Virus record (IMG/VR): IMGVR_UViG_3300009684_000029
Strand: one strand, 5' to 3'
Origin: an uncultured virus (IMG/VR IMGVR_UViG_3300009684_000029)
Lineage: Duplodnaviria; Heunggongvirae; Uroviricota; Caudoviricetes
DNA: 64,000 bases
Shown here in pieces: positions 9,197 through 19,239 of this stretch. Positions within the stretch are counted from its first letter, which is position 1, and each line of letters starts with the position of its first letter. Below the pieces are notes generated by a model. That model was given only the letters and a program-made list of their open reading frames with translations, was not told the origin of the DNA and ran no database searches. The translations under genes and the position numbers were made by a program.

Positions 9197-10399
9197 ATGA
9201 AAGAAATGAATGAAAAATGTAACGTATTCTACTTTAGCCTAGAGCCATACAAAGCTAGATATACATATCAACTAAGTACAAAATGGATGCCAGATGCATT
9301 CGCATTACAAAGTGATAAAATTAATTTTATCGATGTTCCTGGTGAATTTAATGAAGATCAGGAAATTAAAGTCGGAGCAGTATTAGATGCTGTAGGTAGA
9401 GGTAAGTATGCAATGAGCCAATGTGCTAACTTTTTAGATATGCTTAATAAAGATATCGTAAAAGATAATGATATTGTATTTTTGCAAGACTTTTGGACTC
9501 CTGGTATTGAAAGCTTATTTTACGCCTTAGATTTATACGGTTATAAAAATATTAAGTTTTATGCTCGTAATTGGGCTCAATCTTCTGATGAATATGATTT
9601 TACCTTTGATATGAGAAAGTGGATGAGACATTACGAATTGGGGCTAGATGCACGTTTAAGTGGTATGTTTGTAGGAAGTACTTTACATAGAGATCTTTTG
9701 CGTCAAGATGGTTATACTTGCCCAATACATGTTGTATCAATGCCTGTTTCGGAAGAAGAAATAAGAAGCAAAGTTCCTAATTGGAAAGAAAAAGCAAGTG
9801 AAGCTAAAAAGAATGTGGTTATGTTTTCATCTAGATTAGATAAAGAAAAAAATCCATTCTTTATGCTTGAGGTAGCAAAGGTATTCTTAAAAAATAATCC
9901 GGATTTTGAATGGCATATAACTACATCAGGAAAAGTATTAAGAAGTTCACTTCCTGGCGTAATGGATGCTTTTAGATCATATGCTAAAGAAGAACCTAGA
10001 TTTAAATTAATGGAAGGTCTTTCTAAAGAAGAGTATTATGAAGAATTGGCATCTAATATGATTATGTTTAATTCGTCTTTACAAGATTGGGTATCATTTA
10101 CAATAGTAGAAGGTACGGCATTTGGTATTGATGTAGTATATCCTAATTTTAGAGGATTTCCAGAGCAAGTCCCGGCAAATAGAATGTATGTTCCTTTTGA
10201 TGTAGATTCAGCAATTGAAGTATTAGATAATACAATTAAAGATATGTATTATAGTGGTAGCACTAATTATGGTATTGTTGAGAAGAGTGATTTAGGAAGA
10301 AGAACAGAAGCTTGGATAGTAGCTAATAATCCTGAATTTGAATTAAATATTTGGCACGAGTCCGAATTATGTAAACACTTATTAAAAACATCTAAATAA
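9197..10399 (+). CDS. GT-B glycosyltransferase within the deazaguanine cluster
   Basis: LEPYKARYT, DFWTPG, FSSRLDKEKNP, SSLQDWVSFT..E, YPNFRGFPE. Confidence 0.85.
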   Translation: MKEMNEKCNVFYFSLEPYKARYTYQLSTKWMPDAFALQSDKINFIDVPGEFNEDQEIKVGAVLDAVGRGKYAMSQCANFLDMLNKDIVKDNDIVFLQDFWTPGIESLFYALDLYGYKNIKFYARNWAQSSDEYDFTFDMRKWMRHYELGLDARLSGMFVGSTLHRDLLRQDGYTCPIHVVSMPVSEEEIRSKVPNWKEKASEAKKNVVMFSSRLDKEKNPFFMLEVAKVFLKNNPDFEWHITTSGKVLRSSLPGVMDAFRSYAKEEPRFKLMEGLSKEEYYEELASNMIMFNSSLQDWVSFTIVEGTAFGIDVVYPNFRGFPEQVPANRMYVPFDVDSAIEVLDNTIKDMYYSGSTNYGIVEKSDLGRRTEAWIVANNPEFELNIWHESELCKHLLKTSK

Positions 10400-10400
10400 T

Positions 10401-10865
10401 ATGAAAACTAAAATACCATTCACACATAAGAATCTTGTTATTTCAGATATTAGAAAGATAACAAAAGCTAATAATACTTATGCTAATTTAGATGTATCAT
10501 ATATGATTAAGTTTGAAGATCTTGCTCAAACGTTTTATCTTCCAGCAAGTGTATTTGAAAGCACTATAGAAAAGTATTTATTGACAAAGTATTTTAATAG
10601 AACTGATATTTTGAATCTTAAATTCAATGCAGTAATTACTCCTGGATATTATATAAAGTATAATTCTCAGCTTAAAGAATATTCAAAGGTATCTGGAATA
10701 TATACTACAGCATATCTTAATTTTCTTTCAATTGATTCAGGAAGACCGTTAGATTTAGATGCAATACATATTGAAACTAATTGGCAAGAAACGACAGATG
10801 TCAAAATTGAAGAAGAACCTTCATATACTACATCTAAATATGATGACGATGATTTACCATTTTAA
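10401..10865 (+). CDS. Hypothetical protein with SSB-like acidic tail
   Basis: Ends in YDDDDLPF. Confidence 0.65.
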   Translation: MKTKIPFTHKNLVISDIRKITKANNTYANLDVSYMIKFEDLAQTFYLPASVFESTIEKYLLTKYFNRTDILNLKFNAVITPGYYIKYNSQLKEYSKVSGIYTTAYLNFLSIDSGRPLDLDAIHIETNWQETTDVKIEEEPSYTTSKYDDDDLPF

Positions 10866-10933
10866 ACAATTAAATAACATGAAAGATTTCATTTTTTTGC
10901 TGTCATCATATTTATTATAAATAGATATATGAT

Positions 10934-11782
10934 ATGTGCAAAACAACTTGTTTAATATGTAATAAAGAATTTTCGTATGTGAGCAATACGCATCTAAAAA
11001 CTCATAACTTAACTCCTATAGAGTATAAGGCCAAATTTCCCAATGCTAGCTTTAAATCTGAGATAATAAATAAAAAATCAGGCGATAAAACCCGTGGCAA
11101 ATCTTATGAGGAGTTATATGGCATCGATAATGCAAAGTTATTACGTAAAAATAGGAGTATTGCTGCGAAAAAACAAATGAAAGATATAAATCAAATTAAT
11201 ATACGTCGTGAGAAATGTGGATTGCCAGAGCATTATACAATTGATCGTAAATTAAATATGTCTATTGCAGCTAATAATGAAGATTTAAAAGAACGAAGAA
11301 GAAATACTGTCATTAATAATATAGAAAATAATAAATATCAATCTAAGATATATGGTCGTCAAAGCAACCAAGCTAGATCAGTCATCAAAGAATATCTAAA
11401 ACTTCATGATATTGATGATTCTCTATGTTATTATGATGGCGGTGGTATTACTGGGAATGAATACTATCAGATAATATATAATCCTATAACTAATAGAAAA
11501 AAGTCTATAGCTTATGATTTAGTAATAACCAAAGATTCAAAGCACTTAATTAACATTATTATAGAAATTAATGGGCCGTGGCATTATCGATTAAATGAAG
11601 TGTTATTAGATCCCAGTGGGTCATCATGCCCATTAAAATCAAATATATATACTAAAAAAGAGTCATATAATATAGATGCCTTAAAAATAAATAAGGCTTT
11701 GGAATTATCAGAAAAAGTTTATATATTCTGGTTAGATACGAAAGAATTAATAGAAATAAAAAATCAAATAACGTTAATATGA
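10934..11782 (+). CDS. Putative free-standing endonuclease (Zn finger plus Vsr-like/PD-(D/E)xK domain)
   Basis: CLIC...HLKTH zinc finger; RGKSYEELYG; YDLVI...IIIEINGPWH; stop overlaps folE start (ATGA). Confidence 0.75.
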   Translation: MCKTTCLICNKEFSYVSNTHLKTHNLTPIEYKAKFPNASFKSEIINKKSGDKTRGKSYEELYGIDNAKLLRKNRSIAAKKQMKDINQINIRREKCGLPEHYTIDRKLNMSIAANNEDLKERRRNTVINNIENNKYQSKIYGRQSNQARSVIKEYLKLHDIDDSLCYYDGGGITGNEYYQIIYNPITNRKKSIAYDLVITKDSKHLINIIIEINGPWHYRLNEVLLDPSGSSCPLKSNIYTKKESYNIDALKINKALELSEKVYIFWLDTKELIEIKNQITLI

Positions 11783-12396
11783 AAACAAAAAAAATATACA
11801 CGGATAAAGAACGTGAAGAAGTAATCGTAAATGCTTCGGTAGAGTATGGTAAATTTTTAACCGCACTAGGATTTGATTATAAAGAAGATCCGCATATGAT
11901 AGACACACCTATGCGCGTAGCTAAATCATTTGTCAATGATCTATATAAAAGTATGTATAGCGGTCCCCCAAAAATTACAGCATTTTCAAATACAGATAAG
12001 TATGATGGTATGGTGTTTCAAGGCAATATAGATGTAAAATCTACTTGTTCGCATCATGCACTTCCTTTTGTAGGTAAAGCATTTGTTGCTTATTTACCTG
12101 CGCCAGATGGTAAAGTAATTGGATTAAGTAAATTAAATAGAGTAGTTGATTATTTTTGCAGAATGCCTCAAGTCCAAGAAAATTTAACTGAACAAATAAG
12201 TGCGTATTTAGATAGAACTTGTGAAGGTAATTTAGGTGTTGCAGTTATGATTCAAGCAAATCATCAATGCGCTTGTTTAAGGGGTATACAGCACGATTCG
12301 ACAATGATGACTTCTAAACTAACTGGCGCATTTAAAACAGATAATGCTACCCGGGATGAGTTTTATAAATTTATAGGATACCTTAATAATAAATAA
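11779..12396 (+). CDS. folE: GTP cyclohydrolase I
   Basis: TPMRVAK, STCSHHALPF.G, GLSKLNR, PQVQE, HQCACLRG. Confidence 0.97.
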   Translation: MKTKKIYTDKEREEVIVNASVEYGKFLTALGFDYKEDPHMIDTPMRVAKSFVNDLYKSMYSGPPKITAFSNTDKYDGMVFQGNIDVKSTCSHHALPFVGKAFVAYLPAPDGKVIGLSKLNRVVDYFCRMPQVQENLTEQISAYLDRTCEGNLGVAVMIQANHQCACLRGIQHDSTMMTSKLTGAFKTDNATRDEFYKFIGYLNNK

Positions 12397-14946
12397 ATGT
12401 ATAAGAATGTATATTATAACAGAGAACAAAATGAAGTAATTGTTTGGGACGATAAAAAAGGTCGTCTTAATTTTAAGTATAAGAAATATGCTTATATCAA
12501 ATCTCCTAATGGCAAGTTTACTGCTTTAGATGGTAATCGTGTAGAGAAAGTATTTACTTGGGATGCTGCAGACGAACAAAGAGGTATTATTTATGAATCG
12601 GATGTTAAAGCAGAGGTAAGAACCTTAATCGATAACTATGGTGATACAGATGATATTGCAGAAAATGTAACTACTTTATATTTTGATATCGAGGTTGCAA
12701 AAGGAGATGGTTATTCTACTCCTTGGGACGCTTCAAACGAAATTACTTCAATTGCATTGTATGATGATAAATCTAAAGAATGGAGCGTATTATTAGTTGA
12801 CAGAACCAATACGGTAGCTGACAGACATAATTCAAAATATACTTTAGAGGTATTTTCATCAGAATCAGGATTATTACAAAGATTTTATGAATTATATTTA
12901 AAGATTCAACCCGATATCTTAACTGGATGGAATATAGATGGATTTGATATTCCTTATGTTTATAACAGAGCTAAAAAGCTATTAGGTGGAAGTGTTGCTA
13001 AGCAATTAAGTCCAGTTGGAGTAGTTAGTAAAGCATACAAGAAAGATAAGATTGATATTGCAGGTATAACTTCATTAGATTATATGTATTTGTATAGATC
13101 ATTTACTTATAATGAAGAACCTTCTTATGCTTTGGAATTTATCTCTCAAAAGGAATTGGGCAGGGGTAAGATTCAGTATGAAGGTAATTTAGATGCTTTA
13201 TATAAAGCAGATTTAGATAAGTTTATTGAGTATAACATTAATGACGTTCAGCTTATTGTTGATCTTAATGATAAATTAGATTTTATTACTCTTGCAAGAA
13301 ACATTGCTCATAAAGGACATGTTCCATATGAAGATGTATTTGCAGCAACTAGATATCTTGACGGAGCCTGTTTAACTTACTTATCTCGTTTGGGAATTAT
13401 CGCAACTAATAAACCTGTAAGGGAAGAAAAAGATGATGATGATGAACCTATAGGAGATAATGCTTTTGAAGGAGCATTTGTAAAAGATCCTAAACCAGGA
13501 TTATATGAATGGGTATTTGATTTGGATTTAAAGGCACTATATCCTAGTTGTCAAAGAACAATAAATATTTCTCCAGAAACTAAAGTATGTAAGATTGAGA
13601 ATTGGGATCATAACAAGTTTATGTCAAATGATCCTGACCAAGTTTATAAATATAAAAATAAATCATGGAAAGGCGGTGAGCTTAGAGAATTCTTAATATC
13701 TAATAATTTTTCTATATCAGCAGTTGGAGTTGTATATGATCTTAAAGCAAAAGGATTAGTTCCTTCTATTTTAGAGAAATGGGATTCAGAAAGAACAGAA
13801 TATCGTCAGCTAGCAAAAAAATATGGTGAAAGTGGTGATGAGAAGATGTATAGATTCTTTGATGCAAGACAATTAACTATGAAAATTATCTCAAACTCAT
13901 TATATGGTGTTTTAGGTAATGCAGGATTTAGATTCTTTGATATTGATAATGCAGAGGGTACAACCTTAGGTGGTAAAGCAGTTATTATGCATAAAACAAA
14001 TGTAGTAAATAAATGGCTTAATGATAAGATGGGTACGTCAGGTATTGATTATGTATTATATGTTGATACAGATTCTTGTTTCTTATCTGCAATGCCTTTA
14101 ATAAGAAAATTACAGAAAGCCCAAGGTAAAATATTTACGAAAGAAGAATGTGCAGGTATGACATTTAAGTTGGCGGTAGCATGTGAATCATTTATTAATT
14201 CTACGTTTGATGAATTTTCGTTATTAGCATTTAATTGTAAAGAACATCATTTCTTAACAAAGCAGGAATATGTATCTGAAACAGCTATGTGGATTGCTAA
14301 GAAACGATATGCTCAAAAAATTATATCTGAAAAAGGAACATCTATATCTCAAATAACTAATGGTAAGAAGGAATATAAATTAGATGTAAAAGGATTGGAT
14401 GTAGTAAGATCATCTTTCCCAAAAGCATTTAGAGGATTTATGTCTGGTATATTAGTTGACATTCTTAATAAAGCAGAGAAGCAAGAAATTGTAGATAAGA
14501 TATTTGAATTGAAAGATTCGATGCCCAATTTAGAAATATATGATATTATGGTTACTTCCGGTATTAAAGAATTAAGTAAATATCCTTGTAAGAAAACAGG
14601 ATCAATATTTAAAACTAGACCAAAAGGAATGACAGCCCATGCTAAATCCGCAGCAAACTTTAACGATTTATTAGAGCATTTTAAAGTTAATTATATGGCT
14701 CCTATTAAAGATGGCGATAAAATTAAATGGACATACCTAAAACCCAACCAATTAGGCATTGAAACCTGTGCTTTAACGGGCTATAATGATCCTTTGGAGA
14801 TATTATCTATAGTTAAAGAAAACGTTGATTATAATGGTATCTTTGAGTCTTCCTTGAAAAATAAATTGGATGACTTTTTCTCAGCATTAGGCTGGGGCTC
14901 AGTGCCAAATAATAACAATACAAAAAAATTCTTTGATTTTGTATAA
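12397..14946 (+). CDS. Family B DNA polymerase (T4 gp43-like)
   Basis: Exonuclease motifs FDIE, GWNIDGFDIPY, YNINDV; polymerase motifs DLKALYPS, KIISNSLYG, YVDTDS, KKRY. Confidence 0.97.
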   Translation: MYKNVYYNREQNEVIVWDDKKGRLNFKYKKYAYIKSPNGKFTALDGNRVEKVFTWDAADEQRGIIYESDVKAEVRTLIDNYGDTDDIAENVTTLYFDIEVAKGDGYSTPWDASNEITSIALYDDKSKEWSVLLVDRTNTVADRHNSKYTLEVFSSESGLLQRFYELYLKIQPDILTGWNIDGFDIPYVYNRAKKLLGGSVAKQLSPVGVVSKAYKKDKIDIAGITSLDYMYLYRSFTYNEEPSYALEFISQKELGRGKIQYEGNLDALYKADLDKFIEYNINDVQLIVDLNDKLDFITLARNIAHKGHVPYEDVFAATRYLDGACLTYLSRLGIIATNKPVREEKDDDDEPIGDNAFEGAFVKDPKPGLYEWVFDLDLKALYPSCQRTINISPETKVCKIENWDHNKFMSNDPDQVYKYKNKSWKGGELREFLISNNFSISAVGVVYDLKAKGLVPSILEKWDSERTEYRQLAKKYGESGDEKMYRFFDARQLTMKIISNSLYGVLGNAGFRFFDIDNAEGTTLGGKAVIMHKTNVVNKWLNDKMGTSGIDYVLYVDTDSCFLSAMPLIRKLQKAQGKIFTKEECAGMTFKLAVACESFINSTFDEFSLLAFNCKEHHFLTKQEYVSETAMWIAKKRYAQKIISEKGTSISQITNGKKEYKLDVKGLDVVRSSFPKAFRGFMSGILVDILNKAEKQEIVDKIFELKDSMPNLEIYDIMVTSGIKELSKYPCKKTGSIFKTRPKGMTAHAKSAANFNDLLEHFKVNYMAPIKDGDKIKWTYLKPNQLGIETCALTGYNDPLEILSIVKENVDYNGIFESSLKNKLDDFFSALGWGSVPNNNNTKKFFDFV

Positions 14947-14965
14947 ATAATCTATATATTAAAGT

Positions 14966-15325
14966 ATGAAAGAACTAAAAACAACAATAATGGTCAAGTT
15001 ATCAGTAGATGCTTGCCATAACTTTCCCTTAGCAGCAGAATTATTTCCTGAAGTAGATTTCCTAGCAGATAGACATAGACACATGTTTCATTTTACCCTA
15101 TCAAAAGAAGTATTTCATGATGATAGAGATGTAGAGTTTATAATGTTCAAAAGAGATGTATTAGAATACCTTTTAGAAACATATTATGATTATGGTACTA
15201 GAACACATGAGTTCGGTGCTAAATCTTGTGAAATGTTAGCTAAAGAGCTTTTGAATGAATTCCAATGTGAATGGGTTGAATGTTGGGAAGATAACGAAAA
15301 TGGAGCGCGCGTAGAAATAATATAA
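14966..15325 (+). CDS. dpdL: QueD paralog, DpdL-like (putative CDG decarboxylase)
   Basis: LADRHRHMF fits LxxxHRHxF; also HDDRDVEF, SCEMLA and WEDNENGA T-fold motifs. Confidence 0.75.
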   Translation: MKELKTTIMVKLSVDACHNFPLAAELFPEVDFLADRHRHMFHFTLSKEVFHDDRDVEFIMFKRDVLEYLLETYYDYGTRTHEFGAKSCEMLAKELLNEFQCEWVECWEDNENGARVEII

Positions 15326-16437
15326 TGAAAACGATTTTTATCATCGACTCTAATACAATCGACTTTAAATATCTAAAAATTTGGCAACGCGAATTAGAGG
15401 ATGCTATATCAGATTATATCCTTCAGAATGGATTAAATTGTAAAGTATCTACTATATACGGAACAGAATTAAATGGGCTATCTCTTATTGACGATAGCCC
15501 TTTAACGTTTAAATCAATTATAGATCATCAAGCATTTTGCACTAATCAATTTACTGAGTTATTTAGTACTGGTAAAGTCCGAGATAATGATATCTTTGTA
15601 TTTATGGATGCTTGGAATCCTGCTATATTTCAACTTAAGTATTTATCTGTCGCATATCAAAAGCAAATATATATTCATGGATTTTGGCAAAATGGTAGTT
15701 TTAATAAAACTCATTATCTTTATTGGTCTCAAAAACGTACATGGTTAAAGAATATTGAGCGAGCATTAGTATCTGCAATCGATAACAATTATTTTGATAA
15801 TGAATATCATTTTAATATGATAAGATCAAGTCATTTCAAAACACTTGGAATGAAGAATATGATTAATGCCCAAGATAAAATTTCTTTTGCAGGTCCTCCT
15901 ATGGAGCGAGCTGTAGAATATGCTAATGAATTTAAGGATGTTCCTAAAAGAAATATGATTGTATTTCCGGATAGAGCAAAGGAGTCAAACCAACTTATTA
16001 TATTTAAAGAACTTCAAAGAGCATTGCCCCAATATGAATGGGTAGTAGTTCATGAACGAGCTTTAAATGAAGAACAATATTACGGAACCTTGGCTGCTGC
16101 AAAATATATATTTTCGGCAGATCAAATAGATTCATCTACAACTTCGGCCTACGAAGCAATAATAAATAAATGTATACCAATAGTACCAGATAGATTAAAT
16201 TTTACTCATATAGTACCTGATAAATGGAGATATCCAAGTGAATGGACTAAAGATTATTCAACATACACTCTACATTATAATGATTTAATAGAGTATATAA
16301 AAGATAGAATGGAGAATTATGATAAGTATTCAGAGGGTATTGAAGATATAGGGAAAGAATTAACTAATAAGTATTATAATATTTCAGCATTTAAGGATAT
16401 GATATATAAATATTTGAAAAAGCCAATAGTCGTATAA
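15325..16437 (+). CDS. GT-B glycosyltransferase-like protein (paralog of 9197)
   Basis: DNDIFVFMDAWNP, HGFWQNGS, VFPDR..E, PIVPDRL...VP; start coupled to dpdL stop (TAATG). Confidence 0.75.
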   Translation: MKTIFIIDSNTIDFKYLKIWQRELEDAISDYILQNGLNCKVSTIYGTELNGLSLIDDSPLTFKSIIDHQAFCTNQFTELFSTGKVRDNDIFVFMDAWNPAIFQLKYLSVAYQKQIYIHGFWQNGSFNKTHYLYWSQKRTWLKNIERALVSAIDNNYFDNEYHFNMIRSSHFKTLGMKNMINAQDKISFAGPPMERAVEYANEFKDVPKRNMIVFPDRAKESNQLIIFKELQRALPQYEWVVVHERALNEEQYYGTLAAAKYIFSADQIDSSTTSAYEAIINKCIPIVPDRLNFTHIVPDKWRYPSEWTKDYSTYTLHYNDLIEYIKDRMENYDKYSEGIEDIGKELTNKYYNISAFKDMIYKYLKKPIVV

Positions 16438-16456
16438 TTATATTAAATAACAATAA

Positions 16457-17731
16457 ATGAAAAAATCAGAACTAAAAGAATTGATCAAAGAAGAGATCAA
16501 GAAAGTATTAAAAGAATCTACGATCTATGATAAAATACAAAGAGTCAATAATGATAAATTTACAAATGGATATGGATTTATTGGAAATGTTGCCGGTAAA
16601 AAATATGCAATTGTTTGCTATAATAGCGGAGGTCAACCAAATCTAAAACCATCAGACGTTATTAATTTGCGAGACTTAAGTAAATTAAAAGGGCTAGTAG
16701 ATGATTCAATAATTTTAAATATCCAAGCATACTTCATGCAAAAGGCTACGAAAATTACAAAAATGGAAGCTAGCGGTAATGATATAGATTTATTAATAGT
16801 TACAGATCATAATGTAAATTCTCCAGAAATATTTACTAATACTAAATTAAATAAACAATCTTCTTTAAAAGAAACTTCTATACCAGAAAATACTTTAATG
16901 AAGGCATTAAAAAAGGCTGGTATTAAAGTAACAGATGATATGAATGTTGAATTAAAAGGACCGACGGGTAAAACTAAAATCGTAACAGTTAATCCTGACG
17001 GAAAAGTAACTATGGATGAAGGCATAAAAGATAAATTAGTCATTGCAGCGACTTGCTTAGTATTAGCATCCGGATTAGTTTCTTGTACAAAGCCAGATAA
17101 TTCAGATCTTAGACCTAACAATGCTCAAACAGAAATGCCATCAGGAGAAGAAGAAAATGTTGCTCCTGTAGACTTTTTGAATACATCCGGTAAAACAGTT
17201 ACTATAAATAGTGTATTAGCAGGGTTAGGAAAATATACACCTAAACCCAAATTTAAAAAAGGTGATACGGTTCAATATAAGCAACAGACTATGAAACCTA
17301 ATGTTAAGATGCAATTAGCCGATTCAGCAGAAGCTAGAAGTGATGCACCTTGGATTGGATATTGGAAATTTACAGACCCTTGTAGAACTAATAATCACCA
17401 AGTTATGATATGGACTCAAACAGGAGATGATATGAAGAAGGGTATTATATATTCAGGATATCAATTACCCGATGATGATACAACATATTCGGCAAGAACG
17501 TATAAAATACTTGATGATGGTAAAAAATATATAATACTTGGTTATACAATTAGTTCAATTTTTTATAATAAAGCTACAGCACATATGACAGTTACTATGT
17601 CATCACCTACGTCAGACAGTGGTAAGCCTTGGACATTAGAAATAGATTATAGCGGTAATAATATGCGCGTTACATCTTGGGCTGGCGGTAATGCTATACG
17701 AGTTAGCGGGTTGGGTGGATTTAAATGGTAA
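16457..17731 (+). CDS. Multi-module protein with LIKEE leader and internal lipobox-like segment
   Basis: MKKSELKELIKEEIKKVLKE; internal KLVIAATCLVLASGLVSC; TAATTATA at 16435. Confidence 0.7.
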   Translation: MKKSELKELIKEEIKKVLKESTIYDKIQRVNNDKFTNGYGFIGNVAGKKYAIVCYNSGGQPNLKPSDVINLRDLSKLKGLVDDSIILNIQAYFMQKATKITKMEASGNDIDLLIVTDHNVNSPEIFTNTKLNKQSSLKETSIPENTLMKALKKAGIKVTDDMNVELKGPTGKTKIVTVNPDGKVTMDEGIKDKLVIAATCLVLASGLVSCTKPDNSDLRPNNAQTEMPSGEEENVAPVDFLNTSGKTVTINSVLAGLGKYTPKPKFKKGDTVQYKQQTMKPNVKMQLADSAEARSDAPWIGYWKFTDPCRTNNHQVMIWTQTGDDMKKGIIYSGYQLPDDDTTYSARTYKILDDGKKYIILGYTISSIFYNKATAHMTVTMSSPTSDSGKPWTLEIDYSGNNMRVTSWAGGNAIRVSGLGGFKW

Positions 17732-17737
17732 AATAAC

Positions 17738-17911
17738 ATGAAAAAGACAGAACTAATAAAATTAATCAAAGAGGAAATGAATTCCTTTAGAATCGAGCCA
17801 AATTTGGCATATAAGATATATGATATACTAAAAGAAGAATATCCAGTGATAGGAAAAAATGAAACTCCTCTAAGTTTTTTCCATTTGATAAATAATGGAT
17901 TAAAGAAATAA
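17738..17911 (+). CDS. Small protein with LIKEE leader (57 aa, not in ORF track)
   Basis: MKKTELIKLIKEEM..., followed by a terminator. Confidence 0.65.
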   Translation: MKKTELIKLIKEEMNSFRIEPNLAYKIYDILKEEYPVIGKNETPLSFFHLINNGLKK

Positions 17912-17914
17912 ATT

Positions 17915-17934
17915 AGCCCGAAAGGGCTTTTTTT
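17915..17934 (+). terminator. Rho-independent terminator
   Basis: AGCCC-GAAA-GGGCT followed by a T run. Confidence 0.9.
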
Positions 17935-17944
17935 ATGTTTATAA

Positions 17945-17974
17945 TTAGGTTTTATGAATCTTTATCATTATATT
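17945..17974 (+). promoter_or_regulatory. Putative promoter TTAGGT-N18-TATATT
   Basis: Motif directly after the terminator, upstream of the dpdA-like gene. Confidence 0.7.
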
Positions 17975-17996
17975 AGATAAAATTAAATAATAATAA

Positions 17997-19202
17997 ATGG
18001 ATTTATCACACTTGGTTGCACCCAACCCAAATCGAAAGCCGCTATTTATTCCTTCGCTATCAGCAGGAGGTACGGCATCATCATTACAAAAGAACCGAGA
18101 TATTGAACCTGGATTAACATCTAGATTTTATTCGAAAGATTTCCCAGAAGAATTTAGACATCCTTACTTCTTAATAACTGCAGGCCATTTTTATAAAAAG
18201 ATGGATGCTAGACAAAGATTTGGATTAGAAGAAACTTTTACCTTTGGTGATTCGGGAGGATTCCAGATAGCATCAGGCGCTATTAAATGGGACGTTAATA
18301 TTCGTGATCAAATATTACAATTCTTAGAAGCTAATTCAGATGTAGCAGCTAACTTAGATATACCTCCTCGTATGAGCTATGAAGGTAAGTTTCAAGAATC
18401 ATTAGATTTCAGTTATGATAATTTTAAATACTTTGCTCAGAAACAAAGCGGTAAAACAAGATTCTTAAATGTTCTTCAAGGAAATAATCCAAGTCAATTT
18501 AATTTATGGTATGATACCGTAAAGGACTTTGATTTTAATGGTTGGTGTGTTGGAGGTAGCAGAAGATTAGTCGATTTTATGTATACTATAGCATTATTCT
18601 TAAAAAATAGAGAGTTTGAAAAAGCTAATGTAGAATTTATTCATATGTTGGGTATTTCTAAGGTATCAGACTTCTTTATCCTGGGAACTTATCAAGCTCT
18701 TTTAAATAAGCATTATGGGGGTAGAATCCAATTAATGACGGATAGCTCTTCACCAGGACAATTTCCAGTGTTTGGCGATTTGATTATAGGGCCTAACTTC
18801 TCAGCTCAGAAATGGGATCAAATACATGTATCAAGAGATATTAAGTATAGAGAAGAAGATTTAATGCCTACTTTATTTCATACTCCTATAACAAAGAATT
18901 GGAATATGAAGATTATTAATGATTACAAACAGGAATATTATGATAGAGGTACATTACAAAATTTATTAGTATTTAACAAAGGATTATTAGATATTAGTAG
19001 TTTCTGTACTAAGGATATTGAATTATTAGGAGAAGTTATTCCTAAAGATTTATATTCAATACTTCAATCCATTCATGAAATGTTTGAATCAGATGATCCA
19101 ATGTATATCTATGAAAAATATAGAGGAATCTATATCAATTACGGTGGCCAGTGGATTGCTAGCCAGCACAAAGAGGTTATGAATAACTTCTTCGAACTAT
19201 AA
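17997..19202 (+). CDS. dpdA: DpdA/TGT-fold deazaguanine transglycosylase
   Basis: DSGGFQ, NLDIPP, LNVLQG, GW.VGG, HMLG, TDSSS TGT motifs; folE/queD/queE context. Confidence 0.85.
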   Translation: MDLSHLVAPNPNRKPLFIPSLSAGGTASSLQKNRDIEPGLTSRFYSKDFPEEFRHPYFLITAGHFYKKMDARQRFGLEETFTFGDSGGFQIASGAIKWDVNIRDQILQFLEANSDVAANLDIPPRMSYEGKFQESLDFSYDNFKYFAQKQSGKTRFLNVLQGNNPSQFNLWYDTVKDFDFNGWCVGGSRRLVDFMYTIALFLKNREFEKANVEFIHMLGISKVSDFFILGTYQALLNKHYGGRIQLMTDSSSPGQFPVFGDLIIGPNFSAQKWDQIHVSRDIKYREEDLMPTLFHTPITKNWNMKIINDYKQEYYDRGTLQNLLVFNKGLLDISSFCTKDIELLGEVIPKDLYSILQSIHEMFESDDPMYIYEKYRGIYINYGGQWIASQHKEVMNNFFEL

Positions 19203-19239
19203 AATTAAATCATTCTAATAAAAATAAAAACAATAAGTT

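Noticed and set aside
13520..14080. Polymerase motif variants (DLKALYPS, YVDTDS) as adaptation to modified dGTP
   Set aside because: Could be ordinary lineage variation; cannot be judged without an alignment
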